From: Geosiphon pyriformis uo1
Lineage: Eukaryota; Fungi; Glomeromycota
Length of the DNA: 64,000 bases
Direction: 5' to 3'
Assembly: GCA_016748015.1 (NCBI GenBank)
Contig: JAAOMT010000227.1
Span: 56,169 to 120,168, forward strand
Shown: piece after piece, positions 26,101-39,500 of the stretch
How positions within the stretch are numbered: position 1 is the first letter of the stretch
How the letters are laid out: each line of letters opens with the position of its first letter
Translations under genes and position numbers: made by a program
Notes under the pieces: generated by a model
Told to the model about the DNA's origin: nothing
The model's input: only the letters and a program-made list of their open reading frames with translations
The model's database searches: none

Positions 26101-27883
26101 AGACCTTGTGAGCTGTCTTAATCAAAGCAATAGGATGGGTATTTATAAGAACCCCCTTCTACTCGTAAGATTTAGGAATCATTGAAACCCAAACTTCCCT
26201 CCAAGGTCTAGGCACTGACTCACAACCCAAACAAAAATTTAAGAGCACCAAAAGCATATCCAAGACCAACTTGTTACAGTGTTTCCAAAGTTCATTAGGG
26301 ATACCAGAAAGACCAGCTGCTTTCCCATTGGGCAAATTTGAAATAACATCAAACATTTCATCAAAACCAATTGAATGTATTACATTAGAGAAGACACCAT
26401 CGAAGACATGATTCAAAGGCAGAAATTGCCTTACTCAATCACCAAAGATATCAAAAGCCATCACACGTTTCCTAGTTCAACCCTCCATGATTCCATCTAC
26501 CTTAGATTTAACCAACTCAGACTTCAGGACCAACTTCCTATCATTCACCAAATGATCCAACACCACTTTACAAAAAGGACACTCCAAAACACTTCTAATG
26601 GTATGACTCTTATCCACTTCAAAACTCTCCATTCTCTTCTCAATAGCCTGCCTTACACTAGATTCTTCAGCACACTTAAATTTCAACAACTTAGAAAAGC
26701 GGTAAGACTTCTTTACCATAGCCAGCCCAGAACGGATCACATCAAAACTGGCACCAGAAAGAAACAGAGATCTTACTGGCAAAGCATCCACAGAATCAAG
26801 CCTGTTCCAAGTATTCAACAACAAAGCAAAATCTCCGCCAGAAACCAACCGAGAAGCCTTCACCAGTTTAGACACAAGTAGCTCCAGTTTATGAAACCAG
26901 AAAGATATCTTATTAAAAACACAATTAAAACACCTAAACTATTTTTTCTTGAACATTCTACCAGCCGAAAGAACCATAATCTTACAAACAATGTCCCTTA
27001 TCGCATCCAGACCAGAAAACTGTTTAGCCACAACAAACTCATCCAAGAACATAACAGTATTAGCAGCCATAGCATTCCTGAATTCTGACCACTTAATCTC
27101 ATTGGTATTTTTGATATCATACTTCCAATGATCTCTATTAGCTTGTTTGCATAGTGAATTCAACTGGACATCAAACAGGCCATCCAGTCCCACAAAAACA
27201 TAAACAGCCTTGTAATTGGTATCAAAATATTCCTCAATGCCATCCACACCACAATTTACCACCACACCAACCAAATTAGAAAAAACAAACACATAGTTGA
27301 TTGTCTTAGTGACACCACAAGAATTGTACCAAGTAGGTAATTTCACAAAAAAGCTCCCCTCCAGAGAGTTAATCAAACCCAAATCAAAACATTTTTTGAA
27401 ACTGGTACATTTGTGCGAACCATTCTGATTAAAATCACTACCAAGAATAACAAAAAAAGACTCATTAACGGCTTTAGCAATAAGAGAGTTGATCTCACCA
27501 GTCTGAGAAAACTGAACCACTGATGAAGCACCAGCATAGAGCCCCAAAATAGACACTAAAAGTTTATTTTTGAAAAGTAACTTGATGGATAGGAGCCGAC
27601 CAGGCACCTCAAAGATCTTGCAGACATGCTTTGCTAAAGAAGAATTCATGACAATTAACACCCCAGCACCCAAAGAACCAGAATTCAGACCAGAAGTAAA
27701 AACCCAAACACTATCAAATTTGTTGGCCAACCATGAACAAACTTTCCCTTTAAGATTTGACTCCATAAAAATAAAAACCAAATTGTTCATATCCTTGTGC
27801 CAACAAATGACATCATCTTGCTTTGCAGGATTGTTCAACCCACAAACATTACACGTAGCAATTTTCTATACCAGACTACTCAT
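23195..27883 (-). pseudogene. LINE ORF2: AP endonuclease, RT, RNase H, CCHC
   Basis: GSDFN, TINY, QNMHKAYDSVGW, AGAFVDDT, YTDGS, LQAIALAL, DSQ, GNKHAD, CLFCGKVEVLDHVFSC; broken by nonsense transitions. Confidence 0.93.
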
Positions 27884-29679
27884 TGAGAAAGAGGTAGAAG
27901 AAGAGCACCACCTGCCAAAACAAAACCATCTAAGCGTGCTGATAGACTCATGACCAAAGCAGAAAGATCTTCCAACATGTTTTCCAATTTCACAACCTTA
28001 GATGAGGCAGTTGAACCCAGAATGGCAGCAGTCTTGTCACTAGTGATATCACCCGAACCCACTCCCATTACTATATCTTCTTTTTGATTCTATGATGGGG
28101 AGGTCACTGGCAGCTGACATCCAGAGCTAGGCTGAGAAACTGCTAGCATGAATGATTCCAACCTCTTAGCCAACTTATCAATTTGTCTTGCGAGGCTGAC
28201 AAGACTGCTTTCAATGTTAACCAAACATTTTTCCAAATTATTCACTACTAGAGGAAGTGGTTTATCATTTCCAATGGAACCAAGCTGAGAGTTGTATCTA
28301 AGAGAAATGTCTGAGTGAATAGAGCCAACCATGGAGGCCCAAGTTTTTCCATCAAAAGCCAAAGGACGAGTAACAGGGGCAGATTTTTTTTCATATATCT
28401 TAGCCAGATGGAACTGATCCTGAGCTAAAAGAGGAGCTCTCTTGCTCCTAGGACCTGAGAACACACCAGCAGTATGACAAGTGAGAGAAGTATGACCAGA
28501 TTTTTTGCAAATTGAATACAGTGCAGTGGTTAAACGAGACTATTGGAGACCAACACTCTTTATAACAGGAGTGTTTGCCATTGCCTGAATTAGGCTACTC
28601 TCAGAATCAAAGCACACAGTGGCACAGTGTGCTCAGACATAACTAACACAATTGCATTCAATAACACATGTTTTCCCACCAACCAAACCAATAAAATTCC
28701 AAAGATCATGAGCATTGGTGCTTATGGAGAGAGTATAAAGCAAAGCCCTAAACTCATTTCTGGCATCCCACGTTTGTTTGTCAACATCGGCCCAGGCCAT
28801 ACACACAGCATCTTTCCCAATAAGGATGGACCACTTAGCCACCAACAAATCAGCCTGATTTTAATCCTTCAATTTGACGATTGTTTTTTGCCATAGACTT
28901 ACCAACTGCATCTTGATTGACTTAATAAGCCCAAATTCAGAAATGGCTGCACACACTGCCTCAATGGAGGTTCCCACAGGAATTTTTTTCAATACAATTG
29001 CCCGATTCATATGATTGTTGATGGGGTGCTTAAGATCAGTGTTTACCACAATACCATAATTATTTGCCAATTGTGCAGCTGCCATCATTGGCTTTTCAGA
29101 AGTAAAAGATGCCTGGATGATTCCACTAAATTTTGAGGAGGTAGAAGCCCCCCCAAAACCATTTACACCTGAAAAAATTTTTCTGACAAAATTGACTTTT
29201 TCCTGAGAGGATTTCCCAGTCACTACTACAAGATCAATATCTAAAGTGAAGGATTTGCAAACAGGCACTTGAATGGACGGCTTGACTAGAAGAGGGGATG
29301 AAAGAAGAAGAAAATCATCCAACACATCATCTTTTGCATCGACAGTATCATAATCAATCACACCCAGTGGCTTTCCTAACACTTTCTTAATCTTCACACG
29401 CAAACCCTTTGGTGTTTGATCAGGATCCCCTTCTGCGAAAGCACCATTATTATCATAGTCTACATTGGTTTTTTCAACCAAGCATTCTTTTTCCATGTCA
29501 ATACTCTCAGATTCCATAGTGTCTCCAGCCTCAGAACCCTATGAACGAGCGCCAAAAGCTTTGGCAGCAACCCCTTTATTATCAATACTCTCTTCCAACA
29601 TACCACCCTTTCTCTTCTTTCTTGATGCAACAGCCTTGAAACCATTCTTAGAACCAGAAGCTTTAATGGTTTTCTTTAT
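27880..29679 (-). pseudogene. LINE ORF1 (RRM-like, CCHC knuckle, C-terminal coiled coil)
   Basis: IVLKKIPVG..ISEFGLIKSIKMQ RRM-like segment; knuckle ~28475-28520; start codon decayed to ATA. Confidence 0.88.
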
Positions 29680-29773
29680 AACAGCAATAACAGAGCCAAC
29701 AATGGCCTTGTAATCGAAGAATGGTTTTGATTTATCGTACTGAATGGTAAAAAACTTCTTTCGAAAAAACTTT

Positions 29774-29816
<43 letters not shown>

Positions 29817-29836
29817 NNNNNNNNNNNNNNNNNNNN

Positions 29837-29868
<32 letters not shown>

Positions 29869-30168
29869 TCTTAATAAAAGCAATTAGTTTGGTATTTGTT
29901 AAAACATTTTTTTATTTATAAGACTTTAGAATTATTGACATCTAAGTCTTTTTTTAGACATTAAAAACAAATTTTATTACTATATACAAGTTGAATAAAC
30001 ATAAAAGAAAATATTTTTTATTTTTTATTTTTTTTTTTCAAAATTTTTCTCTCGTCAATCCCCTGGCCACTGCAAAAGTGAGAGAATTTTTAAGAGAAAT
30101 TGCTTTACTTTATTTCTTTACTCTTCATTCATCAAGTCATTTCTTTTACTATACCTCTATTTGTCACA

Positions 30169-32100
30169 ATGGAACCAGTAGGCTCTTCTGCTGGTGGTTC
30201 TAGCTTGGTTTCAGCTGGTTTGGAGACCCACCAGAGTGCAAAAAAGAAGTGCATAGATATGGTCTACTCTCAGAGTGCATCCTACAAGAAACCAAAGAAG
30301 TCTGCTGCTGGTAGTGTGGTTGACTCATCTGCTGGATTGCTGAGTCTGGAGGATATTGGTGGTGCTGGTGCCAAGCCTGTGGTGTCCTGGGACAGTGAGG
30401 TTGACAGTGTTGCTAGTAGTGTCAGTGGTCTCTCAGATGTCGAAAATATGGCAAACACGGTGGCCGAGGAAACCAGCTATACAAAATCAGGTAAGAACAA
30501 TGGCATGGATGAAAATACGCCGAGGAAAACTCATGCTCAAATGTACATGCTGGGCATCCCACCAAAATGATCTTTGTTTAACTGTATAAGTGACAACAAC
30601 GATGCGCTGAAGCTTCCTTCCCCTAAATTCGATGGTGCCAATCAAGTGCTGCATATCAGGTCACGTGTCCTGGAAAAAAGGAATTTCGAGCCAGTAAAAT
30701 CTTTCGCATTAGATATTGAGGTTTCGGCGGTGCCTGGAAAGACAAATGTTGATAAGTTGATAGCAGTTAAAAAAATTTTTTATCAAATTGATAGATTTGG
30801 GAGAGCTTCGACTCCCTTAAAATTTCCAGGAATAATAAGATCATCATTTACATCTGAAAAAAGCTTGATTAAGGCAAGAGAAATGGCAATTAGTGAGAAG
30901 ATTTTGGTAAATGATGATCTAAGAAAAGTAAACAGCCATTTGGATCGGGAAGTGATTGTCAAGGAGATCCCAGTAGATCTTCCCAAATTGGCAGTGGTTT
31001 TGGCATTTTCTAAATTTGGCAAAATTGTTTCAATCAAAATGCAGTTAATTGGTCTTTGGCAAAAAGCTCTGGTTGAATTTGAGTCATCTGAAGTAGCTAG
31101 TCTGGTTGCGTCCAAATGATCAGTTCTCATGGGAAAAGATTCGGTACATGTGGCTTTGGCAGTCAATGATAAACAAATGTGGGTATTAAGAGATCAGCAT
31201 CGGGCTTTGCTTTATACTCTTCTAGTTGGCACCACTGCTCATGACCTTTCCAGTTTGTTGGATTCATATGGTGAGAAGACTTGTTTTATTGGCCATAATC
31301 CTAATTTATATGTTCGCGATAGATGTGCTGTAATTTGTTTTGGTAATGAGGCATCCAAGTTGGCTGCTATTGGTACCATTCCAGTTTTTAAGGGTGTAAG
31401 TTTGCAGTAGGCTGGTCTTTCTTTGGCCAGTTGCACTTGTTGTAAACAATTCGGTCATATTATGGTCAACTGTTCCTTGGGTGAAAATTCTGGTGTTCAT
31501 GGGAAGAGGATGATTTTTGATCAAAATTGGATTTGTCTGGCTAGGATATATAAGAAAAAGTCAGCTCCTATTGCTCGTCCAGTCTCATTTGGTGGTAAAA
31601 CATGGGCCCAAGTTGCTGGTGGCTCTCCTTCTCGTGTGGTTTCCTTTGGTTTGGTTGGTGCTGGTTTGTATTTTGGTTTGGTTTTTTCTTCAATGACAAC
31701 TGATTCTTCTACCATTTCTTATTTGAATGACCAGCTGGCAATTTTGGAGCTTTTGACTAACCATGTTTCAGGCATTTTGGTTCAACTGGAATCCATTGGT
31801 TTGGTTCCTGTGGTGACTCCATCTCTGAGCTTTCTTTCTGCTGTTTCTGAGACTTTGACTTCTGATGTGGATTCTGATATGATTGTGGATACTGCTTTGG
31901 TCTCGTCTGGTACTCCTTCATCCATCGTTCACAATGCTGTTGTTGAGCTCAGCTCTAGTAGTTCCAAAGTTCTTACTGCCAAGGTGGGTGGTTTGGAAAC
32001 AAAGTTGATTGCTTTGGAGGCCTCAGTTGGTTTAGTTTTGGATAAGTTAAATATTTTGTGCTCTGGTTTGAATTTGTTAGTTGCCCTGTCTTTTTAATAA
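30169..32100 (+). pseudogene. LINE ORF1
   Basis: VIVKEIPVDL..FSKFGKIVSI..KALVEF (RRM-like); CTCCKQFGHIMVNC (CX2CX4HX4C); KTWAQVA; in-frame stops only. Confidence 0.9.
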
Positions 32101-35100
32101 CTCACTTAATTTGGAAAATTGCCATGTGTAATGTTAGAGGTATGAACAATTGTGCAAAGTAGGCAGACATTATATGTTGGCATAAGAACATGAACAATCT
32201 AGTCTCCATTGTTACTAAGACAAAGTTAAGAGGCATGGTTTGTTCATGGATTGCCGATAAGTTTGATGGTGTTTGTGTTTTTACTTCTGGTCTGAATTCT
32301 GGTCACATGGGATCTGGTGTTGCAATAATTATGGACTCTTCTTTGGCGAATCATGTGTGCAAGATTTCAGAGGTACCTGGTCAGCTGTTGTTAATAAGGC
32401 TGCTTTTTGGGAATAAACTTTCTGTGTCTATTCTGGGGCTGTATGCTGGTGTGTCTTCAGTGGTTCAGTTTTCTCAGGCTAGTGATATCAATTCTTTCAT
32501 TGCCAGAGCTGTGAATGAGACTTCTTTTGTTGTTCTTGGTGGTGATTTCAATGAAGATGGGTCTCATAAATGTGCCAGTTTCAGGAAGTGTTTTGATTTG
32601 GGTCTGGTCAACTCTCTAAGTGAAAGTGCTTTTGTGAAATCACTAACATAGTGCAATTCTCGTGGTATTGCCAAGACGATTGATTACATGTTGGTTTCCT
32701 CTAGTTTAGTTAATGCAATCATGGATCATGGTGTGGTGGGTGTTGAGGATTTTTTTGATACTGATCATAGGGCTGTTTTTGTTTCTGTGGATCTGGGTGG
32801 TTTGTTGGATGTGCAGCTGCTGTCACTATGCAGACAGACCAATAAAAATTGTTGGAAGTTTAATGTTAAAAATGCCAGTGAAGGGAAGTGGTTGGAGTTT
32901 AAGAATGCTATAGCTGCTAATGCTTCTATGCTTTCAGATGCATTTGTTACAGCTACAAAGTTTTCGGATAAGAATGCAATGTGGGATGTTGTTCACAAAA
33001 TATTGATTCTCTCAGCTGGTAGAACGTTCAAAAAAAAATGGTTTAAGGGTTATAGTAGTGTTTTCAATAAGATGTTTTTTAGGTTTCATAGACTGGAACT
33101 GCTTGTGTCTAAGCTGGTTAAGGCCTCTCGTCTGGTTTTTGGTGGGAATTTTACTTCTTTGTTGGATACATGGGACAGGCTTGACTCAGTTGGCACCTCG
33201 CCAATGAAGTCTCTATTTCTTTTGGGTTCTGGTTTTGATGCTATTCGCTCTGAACTGGCTAAGGCAAGGAAAGTTTACCACTCTTCGAAGATGATGGAGT
33301 CTAAGCGCACTGAGGAATTTCATATTAGGCAGGCTATTGAGAGGAGGATGGAGAGTTTTGAAGTGGATAAGGGACACACCATTAGAAGTGTTCTGGAGCA
33401 TCTTTTCCATAAGGTGGTACTAGATCACTTGGTTGCAGATAAAGAGTTGGTACTAAAGCCGGATTTGGTTAAAGCAAAGATCAATGAGATCATGAAAGAG
33501 TGGACTAGGAAGTGTGCAGTGGTGCTGGATATTTCTGATGACTGGGTGTGCCAATTTCAGCCTTTGGACTATGTCTTTGATGATGCCTTCTTTGAAGTAA
33601 TGTGTTTGATTGGTTTTGATGAGTTGCTTATAGTTGTCTCTAATTTGCCCGATGGTAAGGCAGCTGGTTTTTTTGGTGTCTCCAATGAATTGTGGAAACA
33701 CTGTGATAGAAAGGTTTTGGATATGCTTTTGTTATTGCTGAATTTTTGTTTGGAACATGAATCTGTATCTAAACCTTGGAAGGAAGCTTGGGTGTTAATG
33801 ATTCTTAAACCGTATAAATGGGAGGGTGTTCTCATGAATACCCATTCTATTGTATTAATTGAAACGGCCTGCAAGATTCTTTCTAAGATTCTCTCAGACA
33901 GAATTTCTTCAGCCTGTAGCAGGTTTGATGTTCTGTATGGGGACAATTTCTCTGTATTAAAGAGTACAACGACACAATCGCCCATTTTTGCCATTGGTTC
34001 TATGGTGGAAGATGCATTGGAAAAGGGCTGGAAACTGTGGCTGGTTTTGCAAGATATGCAAAAAGCATATAATTCTGTTGGCTGGGTGCATCTTAGAAGG
34101 AGTTTAGTTAAGATTAAGATGTGTAACAAGTTTGTTAGATTTTTTGACGACATTCACAATAATTGCACCAACAGAGTAATGACAGATTTTGGCTTGACTA
34201 ATAATTACTGTGTTCACAATAGTCTGGATCAAGAAGAGATTTTTTTGCCACTTTTTTGGCACATATTTTACGATTCACTCTTGTGTGAAGTCAAACGACA
34301 GGAAAGCATGTGTGGTTATAGGTTGAACTCTCATTTTATTTCCAGAACTGGCCGGGTGGAGCCTCAGACCAGACTGATGTCATTCTTGGCTGCTGGTGCT
34401 TTTGTCAATGATACTATTTGAGTTGGTGGTAGCCAGACTGCTTCGCAGCACATCCTCAATATTGCTAGTAAATTTTTTAGGATTAATAATATTTCAATTA
34501 ACAATAACAAAACTGTAGCCATTCCTATCAACAGCCGGATTACAAATCCTTCTTTGACTATTAGTGGCTCGCCTATCTCTATCACCAAGAAGGGTGAACC
34601 TCATCAGTATCTGGGTATTTTTTTGTCTTCTGAAGGTTTTTCAACGCCAAGTTTGGCTAAAGCTCACTTGGACATTCGATTTTTTGTTAATCTTGTTTTG
34701 AGGAAGGCAGTCTCAAACAAACAATTTGCATATTTGGCTTTTGCAGTTCTTCTGTCTATCATCAGCTACAGAACTCAGTTCAGCTTCATTCCTGTTAGTG
34801 TGTGTAATAAGTGAGACTCTATGGTTTGCAGGTGCTTGAAGTCTAAGTTTGGGCTGCCACTCGATTTTCCCAATGACGCAGTTTATTATCCTTCTTTGTA
34901 CAATTTTAAAACTTTTGAACAGATCCAAGCTAAGAGTAAATTGGCTGCTGTTTTGGCTTTTGTGAATTCAGTTGGTATTTTGGGTTGTTTGTTTTTTCAC
35001 AGGTCTTATGATCTTCAGGCTCTCAGTTGGTGTCCCTGTCATCCTTTGCTGTTTCCAGCCCACATTTATGTCAGCTCTTCAAACAACTTTCTGTCAGGTA

Positions 35101-35851
35101 TGGTTTGTATTTTTTCTGGGTGTGACTTGTCTTTGGATGCTTCTCTGGCCAGTGCTTTTCATCTCCAGGGTGGCACTCCTATGTCTTTTGTTCTGAGTGA
35201 GCCAAGATTCATCAAATGTGTTTCTTTGCTCAAGCACTATGGTATTGCTTTTGTGGAACAGCTTTGTGACAGACATGGTATTGCTTTCAGTTGGAAGATC
35301 TTCAAATGTTGGAAAAGGCTGAATCCCCATGGTCTAGTTCCTGTTTGGTTTGATATTTCTGTCCAGTTTCTTGGTAGTGTTGTTCCTTCTTCTGTGTGCT
35401 CTCTCCCTATGAGTGATCATGCTTCTTCTGATATTCGTCTTTCTTGCAATTTTGGCACTGTTTGTAACAATTTGTTGGATATTGACACTGCTGTTTGCCT
35501 CTCTGTATATACAAATAGGTCTCTAAGTGGTTTAAGTACTATTGGTATGAAGGCTGGTACTGCTGTTTTCTTTAAGGACATTGATTCAAGGTTGGGTGTG
35601 AAGGTGTCTGGTCTGGTTTCCTCTACATTTACGGAGTTGCAGGCCATTGCTCTGGCTTTCAAGTGTGTTCCCTTTTTTCATTCGGTGGATTTGTTCTCAG
35701 ACAGCCAGGCTGCTTTGGATGTATGCAAATCCGAATTCCTACTGGCTTGGCTGAACTTCAGAAATTATTGTTGGATTGAGTGTCGCCACATTGCTAATAT
35801 TATTTGTGATAAGAATTTGGATGTAATTTGGATCAAAGTAAAAGGTCATTC
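32097..35851 (+). pseudogene. LINE ORF2 (APE-RT-RNase H, partial)
   Basis: CNVRG, GGDFNE, TIDY, DTDH, QDMQKAYNSV, AFVNDT, ELQAI, DSQAAL, KVKGH. Confidence 0.93.
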
Positions 35852-35896
35852 NNNNNNNNNNNNNNNNNNNNCTCCATTTCCCAACGCCCGAGTTAC

Positions 35897-36212
35897 CTGT
35901 CTTAGTTGTTTCCATCAACGTATTTTGTAATTTTTGCATTTGCACTTTCCACTCGTCCTTTTCTACTTTTAACTCGTTCTTTTCTACTTTTAGCTCCTTC
36001 ACTTCTTCTTCTAGCTTTTGCATATCTTCTAACCACCAATTCTTTTCGCTTTCGTCCTCGTACTTCCTCTGTCTCAAATTCTTCTTCAAGTCATGTAACT
36101 CAACTTCCTTTTCACCCAGCTTCTCACCCTTTTCCTTCAGCTTCTCCTCGCATTTATCATACTGGGTCTTAGCGTATTCTAATTCACGTTCGATTTTGTC
36201 CACACTAGCCAT
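35897..36212 (-). CDS. Probable host gene exon encoding an E/K-rich coiled coil; remainder lost in gap
   Basis: Uninterrupted ATG-initiated heptad-rich ORF, CpGs retained, candidate donor ACAG|GTAACT at 35897/35896; lies on a 561-bp contig between N gaps. Confidence 0.6.
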
Positions 36213-36496
36213 GGTGTTTTGCGTGTTTGTTAAGGTTTGGGAAGATATGGCCTAATATATGTTTGGTTCGTGTCAATGACGTTTCAGATCTTTGATTTAT
36301 CAGTATAAATTTAACAAACCCCGTTATTGTTAAATTATAATCAGAGTTTTTAACCCCTGCAGTATGCCTACATCATATAATTGTTATTTAATAATTATTG
36401 TATTGTGCAATATTTCATTAATATGTTTATTANNNNNNNNNNNNNNNNNNNNNNNNNNNNNNNNNNNNNNNNNNNNNNNNNNNNNNNNNNNNNNNN

Positions 36497-36571
36497 AGTT
36501 TAGATTATTTAATGATGTATTGTACTAGGTAGTGTTTGGACTTTACTTGTTAAAAAAAAAAAAAAAAAAAA
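36497..36571 (+). mobile_element. 3' end and poly(A) of a LINE
   Basis: agtttagattatttaatgatgtattgtactaggtagtgtttggactttac + A-run, matching LINE 3' UTRs (5990-6045; rc 23080-23140). Confidence 0.8.
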
Positions 36572-36574
36572 GAA

Positions 36575-39500
36575 GATTTAAAACATGTTTATTACAATGT
36601 TTTTACATCTTATTAAAAATATCAGACAGTTTAACAGCTTTTTTATTAAAAAAATTCTTAACCACCAATATAAACTCAACAAAGCTAATAGGCTTTATAA
36701 CATCAGAGAATGCTCTATTTTCAATATATTTAAAAGACATGAATTGCTTTTGCCAATAAAAAAAAACAGTATTATTGACAGTATTTTTTTGGTCCAATTT
36801 TTTATAATCAAATTAATTCTGTACTTGACCAAATTAGGTTCCAAAATTAAATTACTATTATTAACCAAATAATTTAATATAATTTTTTTAAAAGGCTTTT
36901 TCAGCATGTTTTTTATCATCAATTTTTATTATTAGTAAAAGCTTTCATATATCTGATAATAGCAACTTTAATATAAAAATTTTTAGCTATCTTAGACTTC
37001 AGCATCTTATAAAATCTATAAAACTTCCTAAATTGAGCCAGTAATTGTTTAATTAAGATTTTGACATAACCATTATTAGCAAATTTTTTGAACTCAACTG
37101 TCTGGTCAAAATTTAATTCAATTTATTTATTAATTAAAGCTTGAAACTCTTCTGAATTATTTAACTTGTATGTTTTTAAGATCCTTAACATTAGCAATTC
37201 TAATTTGTGAAACTTAAAGAATATAGCATACTTGATTGCATTATTATCTCAGTACTATGTCTTTGAGAAAACAGCATTAACAACAAAGCAAACCACCTGA
37301 TTGTGCAGTTTTCATATTTTATTAATATTAAACCTCTCTTTACAGTTTCCAAAATTGTTAGCAGCAGCCAAAACAGCAATCAATAACAGATTTATAAAAT
37401 TTTTTAGACTTCTTTACTAACTCTACTGACTTTAAATTTCTACCTATTTTTAGTAGCTTGTTTATACACTAAAATAAGCTAAGAATCAAAAAGTTTTTTT
37501 AAGCCAATATTTACTAAGATAATCATATAATTAATATTAAAAAACTTATCTGGATTATAAATTTGTTGATTAAGAAATAAACTTTAAAAATCTTTACTAA
37601 TCAAAATAAAGTTTATATGTCTATTAATCCTCTTAAAATTGGATCATGTAGGCAACTTATACATTAAAAAACCACTAAAAGTATTACATAAACTCATGTT
37701 CAAAAATTTTTTGAAATTTGTATTTCAATTAAAATTATTTTTGTTGAAATTACTACTAAAAACCACAAAAACATTACTATTCAAAGTCTCAGTCATTATA
37801 AAATTGACTTTGCAGGACTGAATTAATTTTTTTCCTAAAGTAATCTTAGTATTTAAACCCAAAATAAAAACCAAAAGACAATTTTTGAACAGTAAACATA
37901 TAGATAAAAGCCAATTAGCTACCTCTGAAATTTTGTAAACATGTTTAACAATATTATTGTTGATTATTACAGTAACATCAAAACCTAAATAATTAGAATT
38001 AACACTTAAGATAAAAAATTTAATTTTATTAAATTTGTTTATTATTTAAGGACAAATTTTACTTTTTAGCTTTGTTTTTATAATAATAGATATAGAATTA
38101 CCTTTATCTTTGTGTTATTAAACAATATTTTCTTGTTTTGCCAAATTGTTTATATCTTTAACATTATATGTAGCTATTTTCCAAATAAATTTGTTTATTA
38201 AGACAAAAAATATACCAAAAAATCTGAACCAGTACACAATTGATATAACTTCTTTAAAATTAAGCCAATAAAAATCTTAAAAGCCATTATTTTCGACTTT
38301 AGACTACTTACTTTAGTGGTCAAAACTCTAAACTATTTGAATCCAACACTAAAGCTTCAGTATTTGCTTGAAGAAAAAAGAAAAATAACATTTTTGAGTT
38401 ATTTAAAACCATGTTTGAAACCAAATCTGAATTTAAAGTAAATAAATTTGCTAAGATAAAAGCAAAAAAAAAAGAACCAATAGTACTAAGTTTATATTAC
38501 TGAGTCTATATACACAACTAGACATTTGATTAGTTAAAAACTTCAAAGATCATTCTAAAAAAGCCAACTAATTACCAATTATAGACATATCTTGAAAAAT
38601 AGAGGCCTTATTACTAAGAGTAAAGCATCAGAAAAAGAGAGTTTATGGACAGAAGTAGAATAAATATTGGTAAAAACAGTTGTTAGAAATACTATTTAGG
38701 CCCAAAACTTGCTACTAAATGCTGCAAATTGTGAAATAGACACATTTTTTTTTACATAAAAGTGAACAAAATAAAGATAATCTTAATCCAAAATAAACTT
38801 TTTATAAACTTTTTTATAAGATAGAACAAAAGAGCCAAAAAAATTGTATTTAAGTAAGAAATATCTAAAATGTTCATACTTTTTGCAATGTACTAAGTCT
38901 AATCTAATTTAAAAATGTTTTATATTATTATATATTGGCTCTGTATGAAAAACAGACTCAAAACCAATCATAGTATAATAAACTCTATTATCTGTTTTGA
39001 TCAATCAATAAATGATTTAAGTTTTTTTACCAGTTTTTTTCAACAAAATATTTAAATTATAAGCTATTGTTTTTATAATCAAGATAAACAAAAGTGTTTT
39101 AAAATAATTTTTAGATATTTATGTATTATAATTACTCACACCTTTGGCCACTTTTATTGAATTCTTTCTAATAAAAAATAATTACTTAGTGACTAATTAA
39201 TTGGTCTAACCTAATTTAGCAAACTTTACTATAGTCTTTTGTTATAATTTAATTAATTATAATTGAATTGACATTATCTAACTAAATTTAGAAAGAGCTG
39301 TGACAATCATTTTTTTTAGTGAGTTTATAAAAATTTTTATTATTATTACAGCCTAATCTGATTTAATTTCTTGTTTTTTAAGATTACTGTTTATTTTAAC
39401 TCCTTTTTTTTAGCCAATAATGTAGTTTTAATCATGTTTTTTTCTGAAGTAAACATAGATTTAATAATTTTTTCAAATTTTGAGAAGATAATAATCTCCT

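Larger units (their letters stand above)
23065..29777 (-). mobile_element. Near-full-length LINE (ORF1 + ORF2 APE-RT-RNase H-CCHC), relatively young
   Basis: Poly(T) at 23065-23075 is the poly(A) tail; long ORF fragments with all domains; few indels. Confidence 0.95.
30020..35851 (+). mobile_element. Near-full-length LINE of a second subfamily, divergent to the previous copy; 3' end lost in N gap
   Basis: ORF1 from ATG 30169; ORF2 from 32097 up to RNase H KVKGH at the gap. Confidence 0.95.

Noticed and set aside
23058-29874. gtcttaa as TSD of the minus-strand LINE
   Set aside because: Only 7 bp, AT-rich, and separated from the LINE 5' end by poly(T) and an N gap; unresolvable here
23255-35662. 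Many short antisense or alternate-frame ORFs over the LINEs
   Set aside because: Shadow frames of ORF1/ORF2 with no independent motifs
35739-35871. C-terminal part of the 157-aa ORF 35739-36212 and the tail of ORF 34821-35930
   Set aside because: Both read across an N gap and join unrelated contigs; the fusions are artefacts
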